Source: Setoptus koraiensis
Taxonomy: Eukaryota; Animalia; Arthropoda
DNA: 64,000 bases
Direction of reading: 5' to 3'
NCBI GenBank assembly: GCA_048013815.1
Contig: CM106586.1
Location: forward strand, 7,378,001 to 7,442,000
The translations under genes and the position numbers were made by a program. Under the pieces are notes generated by a model. The model had not been told where the DNA came from and searched no databases. It worked only from the letters and a program-made list of their open reading frames with translations. Shown here piece by piece: positions 13,301 to 25,332 of this stretch. Numbering within the stretch: the stretch's first letter is position 1; each line of letters starts with the position of its first letter.

Positions 13301-14068
13301 ACAGTATAAACGCCATTTCTTTATGTAATCCAGTCTGTCGCAGTTAGAGTCAAGCGCGAGAAAATTAATCGAATTGCTAGTCAATTCCACCGAGCTACTA
13401 GTTTGTCTCTTAAAGCTGCTCAACAATTCATACAGAGTGTCTATATCTACAAGATCCTTTCTCACCATTTCCCAGGCTTCATATTCTAATTTGCTAATCT
13501 TGTCAGTATGGTGCTCACTATTTAAATGAGTTGGCGAGTCTATGCCATAACCTTCGTCATAAGTCAACGATATATTACGGTGAGGCTTAAATTGATCGAA
13601 ACAAACTATGTCAGAATTGAATGTCATAGATAGCTTTGCTGATACCCTATACTTCTTTGTGGCTGTTACATTTAATGATGAGGGCACATCAAAATTATAC
13701 AAACGCTGACAATACACCTGTTCTTTACCTTGATAAACTTTTAGATAGCATTTGTACGGCGGTTCATAGGACACTCCGCTGGTTGCAGATGAGTCTTTTA
13801 ATCTATTATCTGAGTGAAATTTTATATCTATTAAGGCCAAGTTGTAATCGCCATCGTGATTCGTGTTGACAAGACAAAGATGACTCTTGAATGTTGAGAT
13901 GTCGGCCATGGAGTCATGATAGGCCATCAGCCAACGTGATGGACAAAAGCAAACATTGTATGGCCGCGATGGAGGAACTGGTGGTGGTAGAGCCTCCACC
14001 TTTATTATTGTGTCATCGGTCCCTTGATTAGTGCTCGTTGGTGCAAGTGATGATGATGCGGTTTCCAT
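8176..14068 (-). CDS. BBS1: Bardet-Biedl syndrome 1 protein (BBSome subunit); exons 14068-11773, 9515-9397, 8931-8176; about 1056 aa
   Basis: BBS1 motifs: RWLMAYHD (KWLDAHYD-like), LVLGTEDGHV, FGRYGREDN, KIPAKPRSFVDQ, DIHRRF (MHRAF-like), LKGLGPIYKLTL (VQGLGPTFKLTL-like), KLVPRSFKLG. Splice sites CTAG|gtaag ... aaacag|AT (phase 1) and AAG|gtgagt ... tttcag|CTC (phase 0) keep one open frame to the stop at 8176. Confidence 0.92.
10197..10317. repeat. (CTGTTG)n-type compound microsatellite in BBS1 intron 1
   Basis: Long ctgttg/ttg run; explains the poly-L and TA-repeat ORFs. Confidence 0.9.
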
Positions 14069-14230
14069 AGTGTTGGCAAGATGAATTGTATGAAAAGAAT
14101 CGGTAAATAAATAATTAAAACTGATGCCATTGGGGTAACGGACTCAGATGTGAACGGCCCGCACGAAAAGTAGTAACCATGGAAACTGAGCAAAAATACT
14201 GTCCACGAGATAGCCGTGTTCTTATATTCT

Positions 14231-15109
14231 TTAATCATTAAGATCATTTGCGATCCGATGAAGCTTTTTCAATTGGTCTGCGTCTTCCGAATATTTTCTC
14301 TCAAGCATATCATTCAATAAATTATCAATTCTATTGTAGTAGGCTAAATACAAGCTCATGGGACCAAAATGGCGAGTTGACCTTAGCCTATCATGATGGC
14401 CCTTAGAATCAATGAAATTATACACAGTGCAACATATTTCTACATAACGAGGATCATTGGGTTCAAACTGTAAACAGGCACGATTCAGAATATAGACATA
14501 GTCGCCTCTATTCAAGACATTAAGTAGTAATTCCTTATTTGTAAAAAATTTTGGGACTTCGATGGTGCGCTCTTTTTTCGGAAAGAAAAGGTTGTTCATT
14601 CGAGATCTTTCATCAAAAGTTGGCCATCTAAGTAGTCCGTTTGGTTCTCTGACTGACATAAGGCGGTTCTTTTCTGAACTATTCATTCCGATATCAATAA
14701 ATAACACCTTGTTTGGCATGGCTCCTTGTATTTCAGGCTCGTAGCAAATTGCACTATCTTCATTCTTGACTGGTCGCATCACAACAGGGAATTGCCATCT
14801 GGGTTTAACAGCCTCATATGCCATTTCTTTTGCTTTGGCTAGTTCCTGGTCATTCATAAATACGAATTTGGGACTAGGAATTGTTGGCATGGTTCTCCGG
14901 GAAAAAAGTCGTTCCTCATCGAAGCGAGTGATTGATTTCATTATTTCCTGAACATCGTCACGTATAAATATTTTACCAACATCTCTATTAGGCTCCATGT
15001 AATAAGCGTCCTCCGTGGCGGTGGCACAAGAACGTTGGCATGCAGCAGAATTGACTGCAGTCAATCCTCTGGTTATACGACCTGCGGATAATCTAATTAG
15101 GGGACTCAT
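14231..15109 (-). CDS. mRpS22: Mitochondrial ribosomal protein S22, intronless, 292 aa
   Basis: Arg/Ser-rich presequence-like N-terminus; motifs FMNDQEL, VLFIDIG..RLMSVREPNGLLR...ERSRMN..FFPK, LNRACLQFEPNDPRY, LRSTRHFGPM. Confidence 0.92.
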   Translation of the reverse strand: MSPLIRLSAGRITRGLTAVNSAACQRSCATATEDAYYMEPNRDVGKIFIRDDVQEIMKSITRFDEERLFSRRTMPTIPSPKFVFMNDQELAKAKEMAYEAVKPRWQFPVVMRPVKNEDSAICYEPEIQGAMPNKVLFIDIGMNSSEKNRLMSVREPNGLLRWPTFDERSRMNNLFFPKKERTIEVPKFFTNKELLLNVLNRGDYVYILNRACLQFEPNDPRYVEICCTVYNFIDSKGHHDRLRSTRHFGPMSLYLAYYNRIDNLLNDMLERKYSEDADQLKKLHRIANDLND

Positions 15110-15344
15110 ATTGTCGGATTGATTTCGTGAAACTCGAACTCATAAAATATAAGGCAGTGCAAACAAACAAAAACGTGCACCAGTATAGGACCATCAGGTT
15201 GATGCTACAGATGAACAAGAGATGGCTCTCGAGTGCTGTGTACCTCACTCAAACTAAAACCCCATGCGAGTCGTACAACTAGGCAAGCGTTGTGCATTAT
15301 GCAAGCGCGTGAAATCAGGCCGTCGAACAGCATTGTGTGACTAC

Positions 15345-15556
15345 AATACACCGTCAAGTAGCGCTCCCTGCCATTCGTTTCTCGAATTAACGAACGGTTT
15401 CTAATCAAGAATGCTGCAATACCCCGACTGTTTCCGCTTCTTGGACCAAAGTTATTTAATTTTGATCATGCCAACCTATGACAGATGATGACGTTTAATC
15501 TAACCTTTAATTACTGTGTTTACTTGTTTACAATGACTAATATACGGCAGTTAGTA
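15345..15556 (-). pseudogene. 5' remnant (upstream flank plus decayed start of exon 1) of a paralogue of the coiled-coil gene
   Basis: 15426-15556 aligns with 16231-16364 (shared gactgtttccgct, gttatttaatt, taatctaacctttaa, cggcagtt); gccatt(c)gtttct at 15370 matches 16201 inside exon 1; no intact start or frame. Confidence 0.7.
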
Positions 15557-15568
15557 TGTTTATTATCA

Positions 15569-16223
15569 CTAAGAATCAGATGTAGAAGCAGAGGATATAT
15601 TCATCTGATTGAGGAGGGAACGCATTTCTAGCTCATCCTTTAAATTTCTATACTCTTCATGCAGATTTGGATTTAAATGCTGATAATCGTGAATTCGAAT
15701 CTTCGCCTCTTTTATATCCCTATCTATTTTTGATTCCTGTTGTTCCAAAGATTCCTTCCTGTGGTTGAGAGCGAGCAAACAGGCAAGATTGTGATACTTT
15801 TCCTCGAGGCTGACAAGTCTGTGGGATCACTGGAATTAATAATAGTCAAAATAGTTATTGCGACCTAAGTAACTCTCTGACTTACCTGCTTATCTCTTGA
15901 TTGTATTCAGATTTTGCTTTGACTATGTCCCTCTCTGATTCTTCATAGGGTTGACGGACCGTCTGGTAGTAATCATCGTATCGTTTCTGTAATTCCATGA
16001 TACTACCATGTTTTGAATCAAGCTCCGCTTCGAGCCGATCGGCCTTTTCTTCGAGCCTACATATCCCATCAAGCTCACGTGCCAGTTCAGGCACCATGTT
16101 ATCAAATTTATCACATAATGAATTTGCATCATCCATACTAACCTCACCTTCAGGGGGACTTTTCAAATTGACCATGATATACATATCATTGTATGCTTTT
16201 GCCATTGTTTCTGATAAGGGCAT
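15569..16223 (-). CDS. Hypothetical coiled-coil protein, 2 exons (16223-15886, 15818-15569), about 195 aa
   Basis: ATG at 16223; donor AG|gtaag at 15885; in-frame acceptor cccacag (67-bp intron; an alternative in-frame acceptor lies 9 nt further); E/K/L heptad-rich; AATAAA just after the stop. No family recognised. Confidence 0.75.
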
Positions 16224-16746
16224 AGCTCCTGACTGTTTCCGCTGTGTCGATGGATGTTATTTAATTGGGAAGATGCGCTCACGATGACAGACGATGACGC
16301 CTAATCTAACCTTTAAATAGTGTGTTTGTTTATTAACAATGACGACTATCCGGCAGTTGTAGTACACTTGCAAATTATTGCCATTATTTTGTCAACAATA
16401 CAACCGATGTGCCTTGCACAAACATGATCAAACAACAGTGCAACTACTACACGGTAGGTGTGCAAGTGGGCCACATTTTCGTTTGTTTCCCCTGCGCAGA
16501 AGGAGAAGGCATCAGTGTTGAATTTCTTTTTGATTGGGTTTGAATTTAGCGCGTAGCTTTGCGCACGGGAAAAAGCACCAATATTTCCCTCCTTTCTCGA
16601 TCATATTATTTACATAAAAATTTGTTATCAAATAAATGATAAATTAGAGGCCAATCTGGATGCGACTACTGAATGCTCTTATTGCATTAAAGCAATTTCG
16701 ATTATCCATCGCCAATAATTCTAGAGGAATCACCACAGTAACAAAG

Positions 16747-17939
16747 ATGCCATTAGCATCAAAAGCCAAAGTATACTATGAGGTCAATTCGAACAGGCCC
16801 CGTGAATATTGGGACTATGAGAATTCCGTCGTAGATTGGGGCAATCATGAGGATTATCAATTGGTTAAAAAATTAGGCCGTGGCAAATATAGTGAAGTAT
16901 TCGAGGGTATCAACATAGTTACAAATGAAAAATGTGTTATAAAAATATTAAAACCGGTTAAAAAGAAGAAAATCAAACGTGAAATTAAGATATTGGAAAA
17001 TCTACGGACCGGAACAAATATCATAGCCCTACAGGCCGTCGTTAAGGATCCCATTTCTAGAACGCCGGCATTGATATTCGAACATGTTAATAATACTGAT
17101 TTCAAACAATTATATCAAACTTTAACAGACTTTGATATTAGATATTATTTATATGAATTACTGAAAGCATTAGATTATTCCCATTCGATGGGTATCATGC
17201 ACAGAGACGTCAAGCCCCATAACGTTATGATTGATCATGAGAATCGTAAGGTACGTAGTAAATTCATATTTTTGCCAGTTACATTTGTAGCAATTGTTGA
17301 GATTCACCATGCACACGTCTAAACGCTTTCATATTTTCTCTCCGCCTATTCAACCCTAAACAGTTACGTCTAATCGATTGGGGATTAGCAGAATTCTATC
17401 ATCCTCAGCAAGAATATAACGTCAGAGTCGCTTCTCGATATTTCAAAGGACCCGAGCTGCTTGTCGATTATCAAATGTACGATTATAGTCTCGACATGTG
17501 GAGTTTAGGTTGCATGTTAGCATCAATGATATTTAGAAAAGAGCCATTTTTTCACGGTCACGATAATTATGATCAATTGGTTCGTATAGCTAAAGTACTT
17601 GGAACAAAAGAATTATATGACTATTTGGATAGGTATCAAATTGAATTAGATCCGCGTTTTAACGATATACTTGGTACTCACTCCAGAAAGAGATGGGAGC
17701 GATTTGTTCATCAAGAAAACCAACATCTGGTGACACCTGAAGCATTAGACTTCCTAGACAAACTATTACGTTATGACCATCGTGAGAGATTAACTGCTCG
17801 AGAGGCTATGGAACACTCTTATTTTTTTCCAGTGGTTAATAATCAGAGGCAACTCAATTTCGACCCAGTTCAGCGCCTTCGAGGAGATAGCGTACAACCT
17901 TCGCCACACGGTGTTTCACAACCGACCGCATCAACATGA
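16747..17939 (+). CDS. CkIIalpha: Casein kinase II subunit alpha; exons 16747-17250, 17364-17939; 359 aa (in-frame upstream ATG at 16660)
   Basis: [67 protein letters not shown]; 113-bp intron AAG|gtacgt ... aaacag|TTA. Confidence 0.98.
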
Positions 17940-17960
17940 TATATTTATAATTCTAGCGAC

Positions 17961-18270
17961 TATGTTTATTATTTAGATGAATCAGCTGTAGAAACAGTAA
18001 GTTAAGATATAGAGGAGGCAAAGATTAAAATTCATATCATATTATCTGTTCAAGTAAAGAATGAATTGAATGCTGATAATTATGGATTTTTCTCTTTGCC
18101 TCCTCTATATCTTTATCTATTTTTGATTGCTGTTCTTCCGAAGATTCCTTCAAGCGGTTCAGATCGACCAAATAAGCACGATTCAGATATTTTTCCTCAA
18201 GGCTTGCACGTCTGTTTAGTGATGTATAATTAATAATAATTGAGATAGCTGAAGATGCGACGTTATGTAC
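17961..18270 (-). pseudogene. 3' remnant (intron, exon 2 and polyA signal) of a second paralogue of the coiled-coil gene
   Basis: 18211-18037 translates RASLEEKYLNRAYLVDLNRLKESSEEQQSKIDKDIEEAKRKIHNYQH..., versus LVSLEEKYHNLACLLALNHRKESLEQQESKIDRDIKEAKIRIHDYQH in the intact copy; acceptor kept, earlier stop, no recognisable exon 1. Confidence 0.82.
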
Positions 18271-21150
18271 TTATTGAAATATTTGGCATATATTGTTATT
18301 AAATGAGTGACCGGTGTCTTATGTTTCCCGTCGCCCCACTACTGAACCTGCACTTCGCTTGTTTTCGTTGGCAATTCTGTTTGCAAATGTGCAATCGTTT
18401 GGCACTATCAATTCGTAGATCCGCTACGAATGAAAACCTTATGGGCCGGCTCGCAATACTCAATCTCGTGCAAACAGCATCGAAGAGCGCGAGCTTGTTG
18501 CAAGTGTCGTATTCGAAGTCACATACACATCATATCTCTTATCGCTACCTATTTCAGTCTATTACAACTTCTATTACTTTACAATCCGTGATCGATGGCC
18601 ATTGATGGCTTTGGCATGTTGTACGGACATAATCCACCGAGAGGCGCATGTAGTCAATACTAGTGATGATATGCGAGGGGAAAGTTCAAGTTCGTGATGA
18701 ACGCCAGTGGATGTTTTCCTTTTGAGACTCACAAGCTGAATAGTAGGTTGAAAATCATACATTGAAGGTGGAAGCACGATGTTAGCAATATTTGCTGCAG
18801 AGGTATAATGCCCCATAATTGATTTCAATTAGTCATATATTGTGGCTAGAGATTGTTCAACACGCTGAACATCGTTTGATTGATGAGGCGGGCATGACCG
18901 AAAATGTTAGCCGGTTGCTGCTGACCATAGATATACACCATAGATAGATATACAGACACATGCAGATGCAACGCATACGGCTAGCATCGCGCTAGATACC
19001 GACCGATTGTGAAACAAAATATTTGGAAATACCATTGGATGAACAATTATCGCTGATGACTTTGTATAGGTTGGACGACCATTCCTCTTCGATGAGACCG
19101 ATAAAGAAGATGATGATGGATCTAGTGATGATGACAAAACAAAGCTAGATTCTTTTGTGGTCACCTTTTTGGAAAAGGCCACACACACATTCACAAGAAC
19201 CGCAAGTAATCGATTTGCACATATAGGGATTTATCGTTTCTGTCGGCAGTTCGATCAAGCCATATCCTGGAAGCTGTAAATACTCGTCTCTTGTTGCTTG
19301 GGAAGAACGTCGCCATTAAATTCCTCGCAGGCTATTGCGTCGATTTTTGTGTTGATAATGGCGGTGGGCTGTGTTAAAGTGGGCAACACAAACGAAACTG
19401 TCGGCCCTCTCAATCTGAACCTGACACTCAAAATCACACGGCTGTCTCGCTGTTGTTAGAGAGGGCATGAGCTCTGGGCTATTGTTTTGCGACTATAATT
19501 AGTCGCGACGTAGCTTATTATTGCATAACAAGCTTATCGAGGGCACTAATGAGTTTTGTCTCAACTGGCGGGTATGCATGTTGTTGTTTATAAGATTATC
19601 TTTATTAGAGAGATAGAGACTCTTGTAAGAGAAATAAACTGTGCATGGTGGACGGCGTGAATGGTTCGACATTCATTCAGCACCAGCGGGCCAAGATGGG
19701 CTGAGAAAGTCGTGACCAAATGGTTCTTTTGACTCATCATCACCATTTGCAAAAGCTTTATTTGTTGTGGCGCTCCCATTTATGGTATGGAATTTCACTG
19801 TATCATGGCCACTATCGTCTTTGGAGGAGCACCATAACATCACTGGCACAATTGACTCATTATTATCATTATTATTATTATAAAGTCTCATTCATAATCA
19901 TCATTTGCAGTGTACGAACGAGCGAGCGAAAGAATATAAACGAGATACCTTGAATCGAAGTCAGACTCGCACACTTGTAAGTGGGCATACATTACACACA
20001 GGCACACAGACTCACACACCCAAAATTAACATCCAGTTAGATGGTGGGTATGTAAATAAATACTCTATGTGTGTACGTATGTATAGGAAAGAAGGATGTG
20101 ATGCTGTTTAACCACAACAATTCTCCGTGGAACAGGTTGTTCTGCCAGATTTTCTTCTCTGTCCGTCGCCATGATGCGATCTTATCACACCATGGCGACT
20201 CCATGCGGAAGATAGAGAACGAGCAAGAGAACTTGTTGCATCGACTTGAGCCAATGTCTACGATTGACTGATTGCTTCGGAGGTAGTAGTGGTGGTGGTG
20301 GTTACATAATATCCACCAGCTGCTGCCTGATGGAATTGGATGCCATGGTGCAGCGGCGCTGTGGTGCTGCGGTTCGATCGAGCAGCAGTTTCGAGTTTGT
20401 TCTCAACTTGCTTACATAACAATCTGGCTAATGGCCATTACTGTTCAGCGACTATTGACAACACAAGAGGTATCATCTACAAGGTAGCAAAAATGTATTT
20501 GTGAACTGTCTTCTACCAACTGTGGCTAATGCTGCTGGCAAAATAGTTGCAAAGTGGTGTCGCTGAAACCCCTAATTAGAATCAAAAACACGTGTGTTTA
20601 TTAACATGCTTGGAAGAACGAAATGATCATAGGTGACTCGGCGCGAATTGTCTCAAATTGTGTTTCTCTATTTGTCTGCATCATCATCTCAAATGCTGTG
20701 CAACGTGTGTATCATAGAGCGCGGCCCATTCAGCCTTCGGCGTGATGTTGACGGCCAAAAGAAATGCGATATCTGGAGCTGCTGCTGATATTTATAGTAA
20801 TAAGAATAGCACAAGAAGAAACAACAACAACGCCAGCAACAATTATCTATAGTGTCAAACATGGTGTATAGCTCGGCGTTCGAACGCGAGCCACAGTCTG
20901 TGCGCGATGCAGCGGCCAAATTTTGGTGCACCGTTGTTGCAGTTGTTGTAGTTGTCGTTGATGTTGTTGTTGCTGCTGCTGTTGTGACCAGGTCATGGCA
21001 ATAACAATGAGTTGAATCCACGCACAAATGTACTAGATATCCAACAACTTCCTTGCACTCCGCCTACTTGTTTCTTTGTTGTTGTGTCCAGCGCAAAAGT
21101 CATCCATTTAAATTCAAACAACAGCAATCTTTTGTTATGACTCTAATGAT

Positions 21151-21227
<77 letters not shown>
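21151..21227. repeat. (ACG)n trinucleotide microsatellite, about 25 units
   Basis: Perfect run read directly. Confidence 0.97.
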
Positions 21228-23839
21228 ATCAGAGAAGAAATAATACTACTTCTTTTTGTCTGACAACAACAGCAGCACCGGCACCACAACGGCCACCTAT
21301 AGGCGATCATATACCGAAAGTATAATAGAGGACAGTTTTGTTGTGCCTCTTTTTATGAACTAACTGGAGCAGCGGCAGCGGCAGCCGTACCAGGGGCAGC
21401 ATCACTTTCTTTGGATGACGCCAGACGCTTCCTTCTCTCATTCATCTATCTTTTCTTTTATCACTGATTCAGTTTGCCCAATTCACTCTTAGTTATTGTT
21501 GGCCAATACTCTCGGCCAACTGACAATTCCGTCTGTTGGTAACTGCCAAATTAAATGACAAGATTCAGGTAAACAGAACGCTAAAGCAGCACGTGGTCAT
21601 TATATGGAATTGGCCCGCTAGGTTGCCGACCAATGGTCGTGGTTGTAGTTGTTGGACTCGATCGCCATCGTATTCAATGTGTCGTCATTTCTGGTGGCTG
21701 TTATTCGCCAGCGAAAAAGCTCGCATCAAAGAACACCGAAAAGTAGTTATGGACAAAGCGGCAGCATTATTTTATTGATTCCGTCGTGGTCGTCGTCGCA
21801 CTTTTATATATATATTTCGTCCACTGCACTACTACTACTCTTTCTTGGTCGTCATCAGTTCATCAGATTGTCAGATCGCGATAGCTGGTTCAAAAAAACA
21901 TTCTCCTACATGACTCGCTTTGTCCGCCATTCTAAGATGATAATGATAATGAGCCAAAGCGACTAGAGCGAAACACACAGACAGATAAATTTAAGTTGCA
22001 CACATAACTAGTTTTAACATATAGGAGTAGATGATTAGTGATTATCAGTCGCAGCGAGAGCGGGAGAGAGTGCCTGGCAAAAGTTGACTGAAAAGCATCT
22101 CTGCAACTTGCTCCTATCAGTCGGATCTCTGTGTGAAGTGACACTGAGAAGGGATCTTAGGTTCGCTCTGTCTCCTGGAATCTGTATTTTCTCTCTGGAA
22201 AATATCTTGCCTCTTGTGTTGGCATGCTCCTTTTACCTTTTCAAGTTTTGTGGAAGCCAGTCAGTCGACCGGCCGGCCGACAAGACCTAGCCCATCCATC
22301 AACAGTTTGTTTGGTAGTTGGAGATATGTCGATAGTGGCGGTTAGTGGCCGGTGGTGAGTGGTGGTCCGATGGCCGGCCAAAGTCACCACTATTGCCGGA
22401 TGTAAATAAAAATCAAGGTGCGACGAGGGCAAATCACAGCGAAGGCTCGTTTGCATACATGAGCGTCTAGTTAGGATTTTGTGGTCAGCATTGTGATTCT
22501 ATGCCATATTTATAGAATTCTGCCCTGATGCTTCGCTTGTCTTGTGTGTAGGATCGTGTATTCCCACACAGCAACACATCTACACTCCTTTTTCGAGCCT
22601 CGAGGTATCATATTGATTGATTAAGCCAACGATTCGTCGTTGTGATTCTTCCCGAAATCCCGAAATCACAGCAGCAGCAGCAGCAACAACGACAGTAAGT
22701 CATCCCCTCGAAAAAATGGCGCACATGTTAGAATTTAATGAGTTATCATTGCTAAACAAAAGATACTTTATATTTCATGCTTGTTCGGCTAACGTTAACA
22801 GGGCACTCATATCAAAATGGATGGCGGGTGTGAGAATCTTTACCCCGCTCTGTCTGTCTCTCAGGTGTTTATAGTATTATAATCGGTGGGTTTATCCATC
22901 AAATTATTGTTGGTTATTGTTGAACAGTTGAGAGAGCCTGGCCAACGCCAATCCAAACGATCGGTCCAACTTGTCACTTGTGAGGAGATGTGCAAAATCG
23001 GCCAGCACTATAGTGCGGGCCATTGTGCATGGTATAGGCTGGCTGCATTCTGCTGAACAGGTAGACAAACAATGGTGCAGGCAACAGTTCAATTAATATA
23101 ATTGCTGTAGGAAAGTATCCAACTTATAAGCAAACTTTTGTCACATTTATAACTTTATATTGCTGTTGGTGGTGTGCGCGTCTATTTAACGGTTTGCCAA
23201 TGGCCACTAATACTGGCTATTATCAATCACTATTCATGATATTGGTTGTGTTGTTGTTGTTGTTGTGCATGCAGCATTAGCATTGGACATGAACAGTAAA
23301 TGTATATAGTGTGTGTGGGTCCGTGTCATTTGGTGGTGGCTTCTAATTTAGTCATTAGAAATGGTGCCATTTGCATGGTGCCCATTGGCCCATTGGCCTA
23401 TTGGCAGCGTAGCCAACAACAGAATATATCAAATGAACGGCAACAACTATAAAATGAGCGGCCAACAAACAATAAACTAGTTAACAAATAATCTTCCAAT
23501 TCCAACAACCAAGCCAATAGCCAATAACTATGGCTATACCCGGCAACAAAGAAGCCACACGCAAAGCTATTTTGGCCGGCCATTGGCTGGCATTGGTGAT
23601 GAGTCTGACGGACTGATAATACCAAAAGGTACAACCAAAAGTGTGTGTGTGTCGTCTCATCTTAACACCGACACAATGATGGCCGGCTTGTTTGCATTGG
23701 TGACACTGAAAATTGTCGCCGATAGACGCGCATAGTGGGATAGTTTGCATTGTAAAATGCATTCTTGGCTTGCATTCGCGCCATAAACAACAACAAATGA
23801 AGCCATCTCTTCGTGGCAGCCAAAGAAACGGTCAGTCAG

Positions 23840-23851
<12 letters not shown>

Positions 23852-23883
<32 letters not shown>
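23852..23883. repeat. (GA)n microsatellite
   Basis: Perfect dinucleotide run. Confidence 0.9.
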
Positions 23884-23888
<5 letters not shown>

Positions 23889-25280
23889 CCCAGACGACTG
23901 CACACAGGTGGACACATCCTGACACCTGAAGGATTGCCATTATCAGTGTGAATTTTAATTGATTATAATTCTTGTCGATATGTGGTGACTCACTTTAGAT
24001 CCAACGATGGCACAATGATGGCACTACATTGGCTAGAATTTTGTGTCATGTATGGAGAATTTTATTGACGGTTTCAGTAACAGTAATTTGTTGTTGCTCA
24101 GTGCATCTTTGTGTGTGCCGATGGAGCCTAATAATACACTTTTTATTGCATCATCACCATTGGCTGTCTAAGTTGGCACGGCATACAAGCACACATTAAT
24201 TACTTTGCCTCCATGTTGTTGATAATTAATGTCAGAACAACATCATCATCATCAGCATGAGATGATCGCGGTTCACGGGCGCCCAACCCACGAATGGCAA
24301 ACATGTAATCATCTATTGATGCATCATGTGTACTGTAATCAGCAACATTATGGTTGCTGATATGCAATATTTGTTGCTTGGTCACTTTGCGGTCATTCAC
24401 TAATGACAATAACGCTTGTATTGCTTCACAATTGTATAACATAACATGGGCAATAATTATAATATAATTTATTATCTCATCCATCCATACGCGCGCTGGA
24501 CACTGCAGACGCAGACGCGATATTATATGAGGTCATCGGACATGAACTAGAGCGACTCAGCGCACATGTGCGAACATGATGAACTGCAGAATTGCTTAAT
24601 TGTAGAATAGTTTGCAGAATCACTTTCGTTTAATATCGTCTATTAAATTGGAAAGACAAAGAGAAGCGCCAGCAACAACAACATTTGTGGAGTCATTTGA
24701 GAGAGAGAGAGAGAGAGAAAATCATCATTATGATTTTGATTCGATCAGTGCGAGCCGTGCGAGTTTGCTGCGTCCGTTATGCGCATTTGTTCCAGTCTAT
24801 TAAGCACAGTAGATTATTGATGTGGAGCACCGGGCCAGAGCAACAGCTAGTCGTGCCGGATTCCGACGGCCCTGTCGCTGTCGCCGTTGTTGCTGTTGTT
24901 GCCGCTGTTGTTGTTGTTGCTGGCGCTGTCGGGCGAGAGACAACGCGTGAACAAAGAGCCTCCTGACACCTAGCAGTTTTGTGCGTGCCTTCCTGCCGTC
25001 GAAAGGTTGTTTGCAGCGAACAACTAGGTGCTGTCAGGCCGCAGTTTTTGCACATTGTTGCCGTAGAGAGTCCATTAGAGTGGTCAGTGTGCTCTTGCGG
25101 CGAAACATTGCGCCCAGGTCTCTGCGAGCGCACATTCAATGAATGGATTGCATTGCGGGCACGCCGGCCGAGTTCCTTGAGCATGGCGTGGAATTATAAC
25201 AGTCTGCCCTGTTGACGAAGGCAACGACCAAGGTTAACAAACAACATTTTTCTCAACAACGTCGTCTTGCAATGCAATTG

Positions 25281-25332
25281 GTGGCTCGCATGGCTCGCAT
25301 TGGCTCGCATTGGCTCGCATTGGCTCGCATCA
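25281..25332. repeat. 10-bp tandem repeat (TGGCTCGCAT x about 5)
   Basis: tggctcgcat units read directly. Confidence 0.85.

Noticed and set aside
20161-20200. Short hairpin gtcgccatg...catggcgac
   Set aside because: About 35 nt, too short for a pre-miRNA; no other support.
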